Shown here: in pieces, positions 24,433 through 38,487 of the stretch
How the letters are laid out: each line of letters starts with the position of its first letter
Position numbering within the stretch: the stretch's first letter is position 1
DNA from: Escherichia coli
GTDB lineage: Bacteria > Pseudomonadota > Gammaproteobacteria > Enterobacterales > Enterobacteriaceae
Length of the DNA: 64,000 nucleotides
NCBI RefSeq assembly: GCF_013122565.1
Contig: NZ_CP053258.1
Strand: one strand, 5' to 3'
Made by a program: the position numbers and the translations under genes
Notes under the pieces: generated by a model
What the model was told of the DNA's origin: nothing
What the model saw: the letters and a program-made list of their open reading frames with translations, nothing else
The model's database searches: none

Positions 24433-25692
24433 TTATTCCCCCTGACGCTGGTAGTCGTTACGCTGCGCGTTGGCGCGGCGTTGGTCCATAATATCGCCCT
24501 GACTGGTGGACGACGTGTTGCTTGCTCCACTGGTTGTGGAGGAAGAGGCTGGCGGCAGACGTAGCAGATTGCTGGCACCGTTATCGCTCTTCGCTGCAGG
24601 GGCGTTACCACCTTTCAGCATCTGGTCTAACGGCAGAACCATCAGGTTGCCACCTTTATCGTTAACCAGCACTTTGCGGGTGTTGCCCAACACTTTTTCC
24701 ATCGTCTCGATATACAGACGCTCGCGAGTAATTTCCGGCGCGGCTTTATATTCCGGCAGAAGTTTAGCAAAGCGCGCCACTTCACCCTGGGCTTCCAGGA
24801 TGGTCTGGGCCTTGTACGCACGCGCCTCTTCGAGGATACGTTGCGCCTGACCGTTCGCACGCGGCTGAACTTCGTTGGTATACGCTTCTGCTTCACGAAT
24901 GTATTGCTGTTCGTTTTCACGCGCGGCAATCGCATCGTCAAACGCCGCTTTTACTTCTTCCGGTGGACGAGCAGCCTGGAAGTTGACGTCCAGCAGCGTG
25001 ATACCCATGTCATACGGACGAATCGTCTCTTCCAGTTCGCGCTGAGTATCGCTACGAATCACGGTACGACCTTCCGTCAGAATGCGGTCCATGGTGTATT
25101 TACCGATAACTCCACGCAGGGCGCTGTCGGTAGCCTGACGCAGGCTGTCATCCGGGCTGGTCACGCTATACAGATATTTTTCCGGATTGGTGACGCGGTA
25201 CTGCACGTTCATCTCAACGCGCACTACGTTCTCGTCCGACGTCAGCATCACACCAGAAGCGGCCAGTTCACGCACGGCTTCCACGTTCACCGGTTTGACT
25301 TCGTCGATAAACGTCGGTTTCCAGTTCAGACCCGGCTCAACCAGATGGCTGAATTTACCAAAGCGTGTTACCACGCCGCGTTCGGCTTCTTTAATGGTAT
25401 AGAAACCACTGGCCGCCCAGATAATGACAATCGCTGCCGCTGCGATGGTAACGACACGACCGCCAAGCTGCGGGCGCGGGCCTTGCGATGAACTGCCACC
25501 GCCAGATCCGGTGCCTTTACCGCCGCCCAGACCACCGAGCTTTTTGCTCAGTTTGCGGAAGATATCATCTAAATCAGGTGGCCCTTGATCGCGACCGCCT
25601 TTGTTTCCATTTCCCTCAGAGTTGCCGCCAGGTTTGCTGCTTCCCCACGGGTCGCGGTCTTGTCCGTTATTACCGGGCTGATTCCACGCCAT
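24433..25692 (-). CDS. hflK: FtsH protease modulator HflK
   Basis: ORF 24433-25692(-), 419 aa; Gly-rich N-terminus then SPFH domain; 2-nt gap to hflC. Confidence 0.95.
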   Translation of the reverse strand: MAWNQPGNNGQDRDPWGSSKPGGNSEGNGNKGGRDQGPPDLDDIFRKLSKKLGGLGGGKGTGSGGGSSSQGPRPQLGGRVVTIAAAAIVIIWAASGFYTIKEAERGVVTRFGKFSHLVEPGLNWKPTFIDEVKPVNVEAVRELAASGVMLTSDENVVRVEMNVQYRVTNPEKYLYSVTSPDDSLRQATDSALRGVIGKYTMDRILTEGRTVIRSDTQRELEETIRPYDMGITLLDVNFQAARPPEEVKAAFDDAIAARENEQQYIREAEAYTNEVQPRANGQAQRILEEARAYKAQTILEAQGEVARFAKLLPEYKAAPEITRERLYIETMEKVLGNTRKVLVNDKGGNLMVLPLDQMLKGGNAPAAKSDNGASNLLRLPPASSSTTSGASNTSSTSQGDIMDQRRANAQRNDYQRQGE

Positions 25693-25777
25693 GTTTGTGC
25701 TCCATATTTGTTATGCGGTGATCCCTGTTGTCTTTCGACGCCAGAGGATATGACTCCACGCTTCAGACGCTACGCCG

Positions 25778-27058
25778 TTAGATCAGGTAATCGATCAACG
25801 CCGGTTCTTGTTTACAGAGGCGACGCCAGTCAACGATCGGCATACGAACTTGCAGACTTACGCTGCCGTCCTCCTCCATCCACTCTTTTTCTATTGCCTG
25901 AAGCTGATAAAAACGACTTCTCAGACGTCCTTCCTGCGGCGGCAAACGCAATGTATGCTGCGCCACCTCGCCGGAAAGCCGCTCCGTCAAAGCCTGAAAA
26001 AGCTGTGGTATCCCCGCTCCGGTCTGTGCGGAAAGCCAGACACGGATCGGTTTGTTCTCTTCGTCCCGATCAATACGCGGTTCGAAATCTTCCAGCATAT
26101 CGATCTTGTTCATCACCAGCAGGGTTGGGATCTCGTGAGCGTCGATCTCTTCAAGAACCGTATTCACCGCTTCGATGTTTTCTTGTACACGCACATCCGC
26201 CGCATCAATGACGTGCAGCAGTAATGTGGCTTGCCGCGTCTCTTGTAACGTGGCTTTAAATGCTGCCACCAGATCGTGCGGCAGGTGGCGAATAAACCCT
26301 ACGGTATCTGCAAGTACGGTTTCACCGACATCCGCGACGTCAATACGCCGCAACGTCGGGTCGAGGGTGGCAAACAACTGGTCTGCCGCGTAGACCCGCG
26401 CTTCGGTGATGCGATTGAAAAGGGTAGATTTACCGGCGTTGGTATATCCCACCAGCGAAACAGTAGGAACGTCGGCTTTGATACGCGATTGCCGCCCCTG
26501 CTCACGCTGCTTTTCAACTCTTTCCAGGCGCGACTGTATCTGCACGATGCGATTACGCAACAAACGACGGTCGGTTTCGAGCTGGGTTTCACCCGGACCA
26601 CGCAAACCTATCCCGCCTTTCTGTCTTTCAAGGTGGGTCCAGCCACGCACCAGGCGCGTAGCCAGATGGCGCAGCTGCGCCAGCTCAACCTGCAACTTAC
26701 CCTCATGGGTACGCGCACGTTGGGCGAAAATATCTAAAATAAGGCCGGTGCGGTCGATGACACGACACTCGCACAAACGCTCCAGGTTACGCTCTTGCGC
26801 CGGGCTCAGGGCATGATCAAAAAGAACGACCGAAGCACCCGTCGCTTTGACAGCTTCCGCAATTTCAACTGCTTTACCTTCACCTACAAAATACTTTGGG
26901 TGCGGCGCTTTACGGCTACCGGTAATCACCTGCAATGCTTCGACACCGGCGGAAGAGACCAGAGATTCAAACTCCTGGAGGTCTTCCATATCTTTGTCTT
27001 GCGTAAAATAGATGTGTACCAGTACCGCCTGCTCACCAGCATCATAACGGTCAAACAA
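25778..27058 (-). CDS. hflX: ribosome-associated GTPase HflX
   Basis: ORF 25778-27058(-), 426 aa; [10 protein letters not shown]-loop. Confidence 0.95.
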   Translation of the reverse strand: MFDRYDAGEQAVLVHIYFTQDKDMEDLQEFESLVSSAGVEALQVITGSRKAPHPKYFVGEGKAVEIAEAVKATGASVVLFDHALSPAQERNLERLCECRVIDRTGLILDIFAQRARTHEGKLQVELAQLRHLATRLVRGWTHLERQKGGIGLRGPGETQLETDRRLLRNRIVQIQSRLERVEKQREQGRQSRIKADVPTVSLVGYTNAGKSTLFNRITEARVYAADQLFATLDPTLRRIDVADVGETVLADTVGFIRHLPHDLVAAFKATLQETRQATLLLHVIDAADVRVQENIEAVNTVLEEIDAHEIPTLLVMNKIDMLEDFEPRIDRDEENKPIRVWLSAQTGAGIPQLFQALTERLSGEVAQHTLRLPPQEGRLRSRFYQLQAIEKEWMEEDGSVSLQVRMPIVDWRRLCKQEPALIDYLI

Positions 27059-27134
27059 GCGTATAACCCTCTAAATAGATCAGCGGGGAACGCAGGATCG
27101 CTGGCTCCCCGTGTAAAAAAAACAGCCCGAAACC

Positions 27135-27455
<321 letters not shown>

Positions 27456-27528
27456 TTATATGCTTATTTGTACTTTGAACCTTTCGATTCTGAAAAAATT
27501 GCGCACGATACGTCTCAATTGTACACAT

Positions 27529-28479
27529 TCAGCCTGCGATAGCACCAACAACCTGTAATACTTCGTCACGCGCCTGTTCTGGTTTTTCACTGTCAAGCCA
27601 GTGAACCCCTTCCCAACCACGCAGCCAGGTTATCTGCCGCTTCGCCAACTGTCTCGTGGCGCAAACACCTCGATAAACCATTTCATCGTATGAGATTTCG
27701 CCTTCAAGGTAAGACCACATCTGGCGATAACCCACGCAACGAATGGAAGGCAAGTCCGTATGCAAATCTCCTCGGGCAAAAAGCGCCCGGACTTCTGCTT
27801 CAAAACCTGAAGCCAACATCTGATGAAAACGCTGCTCAATGCGTTGATGGAGCAGTTCACGGCTCGCCGGGGCGATGGCGAACTGATGCACCTGATACGG
27901 TAGAGCGTCTCCTGACGTTTGCGTCAGTTCCGTTAAAGTTTTACCCGAAATGAAAAAAACTTCCAGTGCCCGGGAAAGCCTTTGTGGATCATTTGGATGA
28001 ATCCTTGCTGCCGCAACCGGATCGATCTCCTGAAGTTGACGATGCAATGACTCCCAACCTTGCTCTGCCGCCTGTTGCTCAATTCTGGCCCGTACTTCCG
28101 GGTCTGCCGACGGTAGCGGCGACAACCCTTCCAGCAATGCCTTGAAATACAACATCGTACCGCCCACTAACAGTGGGATCCGCCCCGCCGCGGTGATATC
28201 GGCCATTTCCGCCAGCGCATCGCGGCGAAAATCAGCAGCCGAGTAAGCCTGCGACGGATCGCGAATATCCAGCAATCGGTGCGGCGCGGCGAGTAACTCT
28301 TCAGCGTTCGGCTTCGCCGTCCCGATATCCATCCCTTTGTAAATAAGGGCTGAATCAACGCTTATCAACTCTACTGGTAAAATTTTACGCAGCTCAATGG
28401 CTAACGCCGTTTTACCGGAGGCCGTCGGCCCCATCAAAAAAATCGCCTTAGGCAGGCTCGCCTTACTGATATCACTCAT
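27529..28479 (-). CDS. miaA: tRNA dimethylallyltransferase
   Basis: ORF 27529-28479(-), 316 aa; GPTASGKT P-loop. Confidence 0.95.
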
Positions 28480-30325
28480 CTTTCAGGGCTTTTATCGCCG
28501 GATGTAAATCAACAGATTGTAACAGACCACCCGGCGGCGTTTTCACAAGTTGCGGACATAACCGTTCCACGTCCGCCAGCAGGGTTATGGCCTGTGCCAT
28601 TGACCACTGCGCATGTTCGCTCATCAGATTTCGTGCAATCCACTGCGCAATATTGCCAGGTTCGAATACGGACTGCTTCGCCAGGTAGCCTATCAGTTCA
28701 GGAATCAAGATTTGTAAATTTTGTTGGCGTAAGGGTAAAGGCACGGCCCTGATGGTCACATGCTGTGCATCTGACTGGAAATCAATACCCAATTCCGCCA
28801 GGGCAGACTGCGCTTTTTCTAATGCCGATTTTTCTTCGCCAGAAACTTTTAGCCGCAACGGAATCAGCAGCGGCTGGGCGCAAACGGGCGCTTCACCCGG
28901 CGTCAATTGTGCCTGACGCAGCCAACGTTCTGCCACTGGCAAGGCTAAAAGTGAAATGTTGCCGTCGCGCTCCAGCAACGCACAGTCGGAATGGACGATA
29001 GTCAGTACCCGACCAAAACTCTGACTGTTCGCCGCAAGTGCAGGTTCCTGCGGTTCTGGCGCTTTTGCTTTTGGTTTTTGCATCAGCGCGGGCGTTTGCA
29101 AAAGCTGGCGATACACTTCACCTTGCTGTTTCTGGTAGCCTGGCTGCGCATTCGGCCAGGGGGCAGCCGGACGACTGCCTGAGGCGGGCGCAGGAGTGTA
29201 ACGCGGAGCTACTGGCTCACGAACTGCCGGTTCAGCAAAATGATTGCGCCCCGCCGCCACGCGGTTTTCCGGAATAGCACGCGGTGCAGGTTGGGGTTCA
29301 TCGTCCAGCGGTAGCGGTGTTTCCAGTTGCTGTTGTAGCACGCTCAGCACGCCCTGATAGATAAAGTCATGCACCAGACGCGACTGATGAAAACGCACTT
29401 CGTGTTTGGCGGGGTGCACGTTGACGTCCACCTGATGTGGGTCGATCTCCAGATACAGCACAAATGCCGGTTGTTGATCGGCCCCCAGTTTGTCTTCACA
29501 GGCCTGGCGGATCGCATGATTGATCAGGCGATCGCGCATCATGCGACCATTCACGTAGCAATACTGAATTTCTGCCAGGGCGGGCGTGGTGTGATTTGGA
29601 TCGGCCACCCAGCCGCGCAGGGTGAGATCGCCGTGTTGCCATTCAATCGCCAGCGCTTGTTCGAGAAAAGCGGTGCCGCAAATCGCGCCTAAGCGCCGTT
29701 CTTTTTGCCCGCCTTCCGGCACTGCGCGGTACTGACGCACAATTTTACCGTTATGCGACAGGTTGATCGTGACGTCGAAACGCGCCAGCGCAATGCGGCG
29801 GATGATTTCATCGATATGGTTAAATTCGGTTTTCTCGGTGCGCAGGAATTTGCGCCGCGCCGGGGTGTTGTAGAACAGATCCAGCACCTCCAGCGTCGTT
29901 CCCACCGGATGCGCCGCCGGTTTAACCGTCACGTCCATATCGCGCCCTTCGGCATAGGCCTGCCAGGCTTCCTGCTGTTCTGCGGTGCGTGAAGTGAGCG
30001 TCAGGCGGGAAACCGAACTGATACTCGCCAGCGCCTCACCGCGAAAGCCCAGGCTGATAATGGCTTCGAGATCGTCCAGAGAGGCGATTTTACTGGTGGC
30101 ATGACGAGCCAGCGCCAGCGCCAGCTCATCTTTTTTGATACCGCAGCCGTTATCACGAATGCGGATAAGTTTCGCCCCACCGCGTTCGATATCAATATCG
30201 ATACGCGTCGCACCTGCATCGAGGCTGTTTTCCACCAGTTCTTTGACTACCGACGCAGGTCGCTCGACCACCTCACCTGCGGCAATCTGGTTCGCCAGTT
30301 GTGGCGGTAAGACCTGAATTGGCAT
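28472..30325 (-). CDS. mutL: DNA mismatch repair protein MutL
   Basis: ORF track 28472-30328(-); start placed at [24 protein letters not shown] ATPase N-terminus; overlaps miaA start by 8 nt. Confidence 0.95.
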
Positions 30326-30334
30326 CAATCGTCC

Positions 30335-31672
30335 TTAGTTTGGCAGCGTGCGATCTGGCGTCGTCACCGTACTGGCAGTTTGTGCCGTTGCCCCCTGCGG
30401 CGCAGATTGCATCGGATGCGCAAGGAAATAATTGCGCAGGCCTTTGTAAATGGCTTCTGCCAGCTGTTGTTGGTAATCGTCGCTCGCCAGCAAACGTTCT
30501 TCGCTGTTGTTGCTGATAAAACCGGTTTCGACCAGTACTGACGGGATATCCGGCGAACGCAGAACGCCGAGACTCGCGTGTTCTGGCCGACGTTTATGTA
30601 TTTCGCCAATGCGTTGCAACTGACTGATCATACTGGTCGCTACATCATACCCTACCCGCTGGGAATGACCGAACTGTAAATCCAGCACCGCCTGGCTTAA
30701 ATAGGGGTCAGACTGACTGTTCGCCAGCACATCGCCCGCTCCGCCCAGTAGCTCCGACTGTTTCTCGTGCTGCTCCAGCCAGCTGGCCATTTCGCTGTTG
30801 GCGCGACGGTTAGAGAGCACCCATACGGAAGCGCCGGTCGCACTGCGGTTCGGTGCGGCATCAGCGTGAATCGACACGAGGAAATTGGCGTTTTGCTTAC
30901 GTGCCACATCGCTGCGCCCCATCACCGATATAAAGTAATCCCCGTCACGGGTTAAAACGCCCTTAAACATCGGATCGTCATTGAGCAAAGTACGCAATTT
31001 ACGCGCGATGGCGATGGTGACATTTTTCTCCCGCGTACCACCGGGGCCGATAGCGCCAGGGTCCTGACCGCCGTGTCCGGCATCAATAGCGATGATAATT
31101 TTATCGCCAGTGTTAGCCGTCGCGCGCGCAGCCGGTCGCGTTACCGTATTACTGCTGATAACACCCGTAGTGCGGTTACTTTCCGTTTTAAACGGATTGC
31201 GCGCTGGTTCACTGACGCGCGGTGCGACAACCGCAGGCGTTTCAACGCGTTTCGCAACCACGGGCGGCGGAGGAGGCGGTGGCGGCGCATCGGCGTTAAT
31301 CGTAAAGACGACAGTGTAATTACTGCCATTCTGCCGCTTCACCGCTTCGGTTTTACCATTTTCGGTAAGATCGACCACCAGCCGTAGCGTTTGTGCATCT
31401 TGAGGCGTTCCGGAGCGAATCGCCTTCACCAGATTATTGCCGCTGAACAACAACGGCAGTCCCTGAATCACGCCCGTTTGTTTGATATCGAGCGCCACGG
31501 TGCGTTTGCTTTGATGGCTAAACGCATAATCAGGATCGCCAATAAAACTCAACGTTATCCGCGCCTGTTGGTTGCCGTTAGAAACCTGAATATCAGAGAG
31601 CGTCGCGGCACTCACCTGCGCGCACAGCAGCAGCAACGTCGCTACCAACCAATTTCTGATGCGATACATCAT
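30335..31672 (-). CDS. amiB: N-acetylmuramoyl-L-alanine amidase AmiB
   Basis: ORF track 30335-31687(-); start placed at [10 protein letters not shown] (445 aa); contains a run of eight consecutive prolines. Confidence 0.9.
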   Translation of the reverse strand: MMYRIRNWLVATLLLLCAQVSAATLSDIQVSNGNQQARITLSFIGDPDYAFSHQSKRTVALDIKQTGVIQGLPLLFSGNNLVKAIRSGTPQDAQTLRLVVDLTENGKTEAVKRQNGSNYTVVFTINADAPPPPPPPPVVAKRVETPAVVAPRVSEPARNPFKTESNRTTGVISSNTVTRPAARATANTGDKIIIAIDAGHGGQDPGAIGPGGTREKNVTIAIARKLRTLLNDDPMFKGVLTRDGDYFISVMGRSDVARKQNANFLVSIHADAAPNRSATGASVWVLSNRRANSEMASWLEQHEKQSELLGGAGDVLANSQSDPYLSQAVLDLQFGHSQRVGYDVATSMISQLQRIGEIHKRRPEHASLGVLRSPDIPSVLVETGFISNNSEERLLASDDYQQQLAEAIYKGLRNYFLAHPMQSAPQGATAQTASTVTTPDRTLPN

Positions 31673-31690
31673 CCCGCCACCTTTCAAAGG

Positions 31691-33669
<1,979 letters not shown>

Positions 33670-33671
<2 letters not shown>

Positions 33672-34809
33672 GTCAGAGCCCCTCGATCTCAATCAGTTAG
33701 CGCAAAAAATTAAACAGTGGGGGCTGGAACTGGGCTTTCAGCAGGTAGGTATTACCGATACCGATCTCAGCGAGTCCGAGCCCAAACTGCAAGCATGGCT
33801 GGACAAACAATACCACGGCGAAATGGACTGGATGGCGCGTCACGGTATGCTGCGCGCTCGCCCCCATGAGTTATTGCCCGGTACGCTGCGTGTGATCAGC
33901 GTGCGGATGAATTACCTTCCTGCTAACGCCGCATTTGCCAGCACGCTGAAAAACCCCAAACTCGGCTATGTCAGCCGTTATGCGCTGGGCCGTGACTATC
34001 ACAAACTTCTGCGCAACCGACTCAAAAAGCTGGGCGAGATGATTCAGCAACATTGTGTTTCGCTGAATTTTAGACCGTTTGTCGATTCTGCGCCTATTCT
34101 CGAGCGCCCGTTAGCTGAAAAAGCTGGGCTCGGCTGGACAGGTAAGCATTCACTTATCCTCAATCGCGAGGCCGGTTCGTTCTTCTTTTTAGGCGAATTG
34201 CTGGTCGATATTCCTCTGCCCGTGGATCAACCAGTCGAGGAAGGATGTGGTAAATGCGTGGCCTGTATGACGATTTGCCCGACCGGTGCCATCGTCGAGC
34301 CATATACCGTCGATGCTCGCCGCTGTATCTCTTATCTCACCATCGAACTGGAAGAGGCGATCCCGGAAGAGTTGCGTCCGTTAATGGGAAACCGTATTTA
34401 CGGTTGCGATGACTGCCAGCTTATCTGCCCGTGGAATCGCTATTCGCAACTCACTACAGAAGAGGATTTCAGCCCACGTAAGCCGCTACACGCACCGGAA
34501 CTCATTGAGTTATTCGCCTGGAGTGAAGAGAAGTTTTTAAAAGTCACGGAAGGTTCGGCGATTCGCCGTATAGGTCACCTGCGTTGGCTGCGTAATATTG
34601 CCGTAGCCTTAGGCAATGCCCCCTGGGATGAAACGATTCTGGCGGCGCTGGAGAGTCGTAAAGGTGAGCACCCACTTCTCGATGAGCACATAGCGTGGGC
34701 GATTGCGCAGCAAATCGAGAGACGAAATGCGTGCATAGTCGAAGTGCAATTGCCGAAAAAACAGCGTCTGGTTCGGGTGATTGAAAAAGGGTTACCGCGT
34801 GACGCCTGA
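33670..34809 (+). CDS. queG: epoxyqueuosine reductase (tRNA queuosine biosynthesis)
   Basis: ORF track 33562-34809(+); start placed at MSEPLDLNQLAQKI (379 aa); 4Fe-4S ferredoxin Cys motifs (CGKCVACMTICP, CDDCQLICP). Confidence 0.85.
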
Positions 34810-35078
34810 TTCATCCACAGCTTGTGAATAAAAATAAAAACGCATTGCAATTCAAGACGAATAAAATCGTCAAGTGATCGACTCGACAAAACGAAATCTT
34901 AATTTTTAATTTATCTATCAATAGGTTAAAAAAATATTATTCACCGTGCGAAGTTTCTTTGAAATTAAGATTACGGCCTGAGGCTGTGGATAACTCTGTT
35001 TACAAGAGTTTGTCAGAGACAACAAAAACCAGCAATAACGCATCGCGTCGCTGTGGATATTTTATTGAGAGAAGAATT

Positions 35079-35154
<76 letters not shown>

Positions 35155-35189
35155 TTGGGTGGTCTGTGCTTTACAGCACTTTCAAATTT

Positions 35190-35265
<76 letters not shown>

Positions 35266-35422
35266 TTAATCTTCGTCTTTCGAACCGCTACTGCCTTGGC
35301 TGCCTTCACTCACCTTAGTCACTTACTTTTGTAAGTTCCCAAGGATTCGTTCAGTTGCCGCCTTGTCGCAATTCGAAATACTGCGATTGGGTGGTCTGTG
35401 CTTTGCAGCACTTTTCAAATTT

Positions 35423-35498
<76 letters not shown>

Positions 35499-35708
35499 GT
35501 ACTACTTAATTTTGCTTTCGTAATTTTCGCATTTCTGCGTCGTTACGGGAGGCGCATTATACGAGAAATCTTTCCCTCTGCAACCCCCCTAAAAAATTTT
35601 TTTTGAGTTTTTATCTCAAGTGCTGAAATTATCAGCAAGGCGTTCAATTTAGCGTCAAAATCACGCCGCCGCAAGTGGATTCCGACGCTTACGTGACCAG
35701 GAAAAATT

Positions 35709-36254
35709 TTACAGCTTGATAAAATGCTCGCGGTAGTAAGCCAGCTCCGCCACCGATTCACGGATATCATCCATCGCTTGATGCGTCCCCTGCTTGGTAA
35801 AGCCGTCGAGAATTGCCGGCTTCCAGCGGCGCGCCAGCTCTTTCAGGGTGCTGACATCGAGATAACGGTAGTGGAAGTAGGCTTCCAGCTCCGGCATGTA
35901 TTTAAACAGGAAGCGACGGTCCTGACCGATGCTGTTACCGCAAATCGGCGATTTACCCGCAGGCACCCACTGTTTTAAAAATTCGAGCGTCGCCAGTTCA
36001 GCTTCCCGATCGCCCATCGTGCTCGCTTTCACGCGCTCCACCAGCCCGCTGGCGGTATGGGTGCGCACGTTCCAGTCATCCATCAGCGCCAGCTGTTCAT
36101 CGGACTGATGTACTGCAATGGTCGGCCCTTCTGCCAGAATATTCAGATTGGCATCGGTCACCAGCGTGGCAATCTCAATAATGCGATCGCGCTCGGGATC
36201 CAGACCGGTCATCTCAAGATCGATCCAAATCAGGTTGTTTTCATTGGCACTCAT
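35709..36254 (-). CDS. orn: oligoribonuclease
   Basis: ORF track 35709-36398(-); start placed at [20 protein letters not shown] (181 aa); DEDDh exonuclease motifs. Confidence 0.9.
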   Translation of the reverse strand: MSANENNLIWIDLEMTGLDPERDRIIEIATLVTDANLNILAEGPTIAVHQSDEQLALMDDWNVRTHTASGLVERVKASTMGDREAELATLEFLKQWVPAGKSPICGNSIGQDRRFLFKYMPELEAYFHYRYLDVSTLKELARRWKPAILDGFTKQGTHQAMDDIRESVAELAYYREHFIKL

Positions 36255-36348
36255 GCTATTTTCCACCCATTCACAGTGACTATATTGATCCACAATTGCG
36301 TGTATCATAGATGTTTTGCCCATCAGGGGCGACCAGGAGTCAGTACGA

Positions 36349-37401
36349 TTGAGTAAAAATAAACTCTCCAAAGGCCAGCAGCGCCGCGTGAACGCCAATC
36401 ACCAGCGTCGTCTTAAAACGTCTAAGGAGAAGCCCGACTACGACGACAATCTGTTTGGCGAGCCTGATGAAGGTATCGTCATCAGCCGCTTTGGTATGCA
36501 CGCTGATGTGGAATCCGCCGATGGCGACGTTCACCGCTGCAATATTCGCCGTACCATCCGTTCGCTGGTGACCGGCGACCGCGTAGTCTGGCGTCCGGGT
36601 AAACCGGCGGCGGAAGGCGTAAATGTCAAAGGGATCGTGGAAGCGGTGCATGAGCGTACCTCGGTGTTGACGCGTCCGGATTTCTACGACGGCGTAAAAC
36701 CTATTGCCGCCAACATCGACCAGATTGTCATTGTCTCCGCCATTTTGCCGGAGCTGTCGCTCAATATTATCGACCGTTATCTGGTGGCCTGCGAAACCTT
36801 GCAGATTGAGCCGATTATTGTGCTCAACAAGATAGACCTGCTGGACGACGAAGGCATGGCATTCGTCAACGAGCAGATGGATATCTACCGCAATATCGGT
36901 TATCGCGTATTGATGGTTTCCAGCCATACTCAGGATGGGCTGAAACCGCTGGAAGAGGCGTTGACCGGGCGCATCAGCATTTTTGCCGGGCAGTCTGGCG
37001 TCGGTAAATCCAGCCTGCTGAACGCGTTGCTGGGGCTGCAAAAAGAGATCCTGACCAACGATGTCTCTGACAACTCGGGTCTCGGTCAGCACACCACGAC
37101 CGCCGCACGACTGTATCACTTCCCGCACGGCGGTGATGTTATTGATTCCCCTGGTGTGCGTGAGTTCGGCCTCTGGCACCTGGAGCCGGAACAAATCACT
37201 CTGGGCTTTGTCGAATTCCATGACTATTTAGGTCTGTGTAAATATCGCGATTGCAAACACGATACCGATCCGGGCTGCGCTATCCGGGAAGCGGTTGAGG
37301 AAGGGAAAATCGCGGAAACCCGTTTCGAAAACTATCACCGTATTCTGGAAAGCATGGCGCAGGTAAAAACGCGTAAAAACTTTTCTGATACGGATGACTG
37401 A
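36349..37401 (+). CDS. rsgA: small ribosomal subunit biogenesis GTPase RsgA
   Basis: ORF track 36316-37401(+); probable TTG start at 36349 ([12 protein letters not shown], 350 aa); [10 protein letters not shown]-loop and C-terminal Zn-Cys cluster. Confidence 0.85.
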   Translation: MSKNKLSKGQQRRVNANHQRRLKTSKEKPDYDDNLFGEPDEGIVISRFGMHADVESADGDVHRCNIRRTIRSLVTGDRVVWRPGKPAAEGVNVKGIVEAVHERTSVLTRPDFYDGVKPIAANIDQIVIVSAILPELSLNIIDRYLVACETLQIEPIIVLNKIDLLDDEGMAFVNEQMDIYRNIGYRVLMVSSHTQDGLKPLEEALTGRISIFAGQSGVGKSSLLNALLGLQKEILTNDVSDNSGLGQHTTTAARLYHFPHGGDVIDSPGVREFGLWHLEPEQITLGFVEFHDYLGLCKYRDCKHDTDPGCAIREAVEEGKIAETRFENYHRILESMAQVKTRKNFSDTDD

Positions 37402-37497
37402 CAATTAAGCTAACCGTCGTTAGAATCGTCCCCTTTTTTTCAGGATCCGGCATGTAGGCCGGATCAGGAACGACAAAACAATGGCCTGGAGGCTACC

Positions 37498-38466
37498 TTG
37501 TTAAATTCATTTAAACTTTCGCTACAGTACATTCTGCCGAAACTATGGCTTACTCGCCTGGCGGGTTGGGGCGCAAGCAAGAGGGCAGGATGGCTGACAA
37601 AACTGGTTATCGATCTGTTCGTTAAATACTACAAGGTCGATATGAAAGAGGCGCAAAAGCCGGACACCGCCAGCTACCGCACCTTTAACGAATTCTTTGT
37701 CCGTCCGCTGCGTGACGAAGTACGCCCAATCGATACCGATCCGAATGTCCTGGTCATGCCTGCCGATGGCGTTATCAGCCAGTTGGGTAAAATCGAAGAA
37801 GATAAAATCCTGCAAGCCAAAGGCCACAACTACAGCCTCGAAGCCCTGTTGGCAGGCAACTATCTGATGGCGGATCTCTTCCGCAACGGTACGTTTGTGA
37901 CCACTTACCTCTCCCCGCGTGACTACCACCGCGTACACATGCCGTGCAACGGTATTCTGCGTGAGATGATCTACGTGCCGGGCGATCTCTTCTCCGTTAA
38001 CCATCTCACCGCTCAGAACGTGCCGAATCTGTTTGCCCGTAACGAACGCGTGATCTGCCTGTTCGATACCGAATTTGGCCCGATGGCGCAGATTCTGGTC
38101 GGTGCGACGATTGTTGGCAGCATTGAGACTGTCTGGGCGGGCACCATTACGCCGCCGCGCGAAGGCATCATCAAGCGCTGGACCTGGCCTGCCGGGGAAA
38201 ACGACGGTTCTGTGGCGCTGCTGAAAGGCCAGGAAATGGGTCGCTTTAAACTTGGCTCTACCGTTATCAACCTGTTTGCACCGGGTAAAGTGAATCTGGT
38301 TGAGCAACTGGAAAGCCTGTCTGTCACGAAAATTGGCCAGCCGCTGGCAGTATCTACCGAAACCTTTGTTACGCCAGACGCTGAACCGGCCCCGCTTCCT
38401 GCTGAAGAGATCGAAGCAGAACACGACGCCAGCCCATTGGTTGACGATAAAAAAGACCAGGTCTAA
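37498..38466 (+). CDS. psd: phosphatidylserine decarboxylase proenzyme
   Basis: ORF 37498-38466(+), 322 aa; LGST self-cleavage site. Confidence 0.95.
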
Positions 38467-38487
38467 TCCATCAAAGGAAACGCTGAC

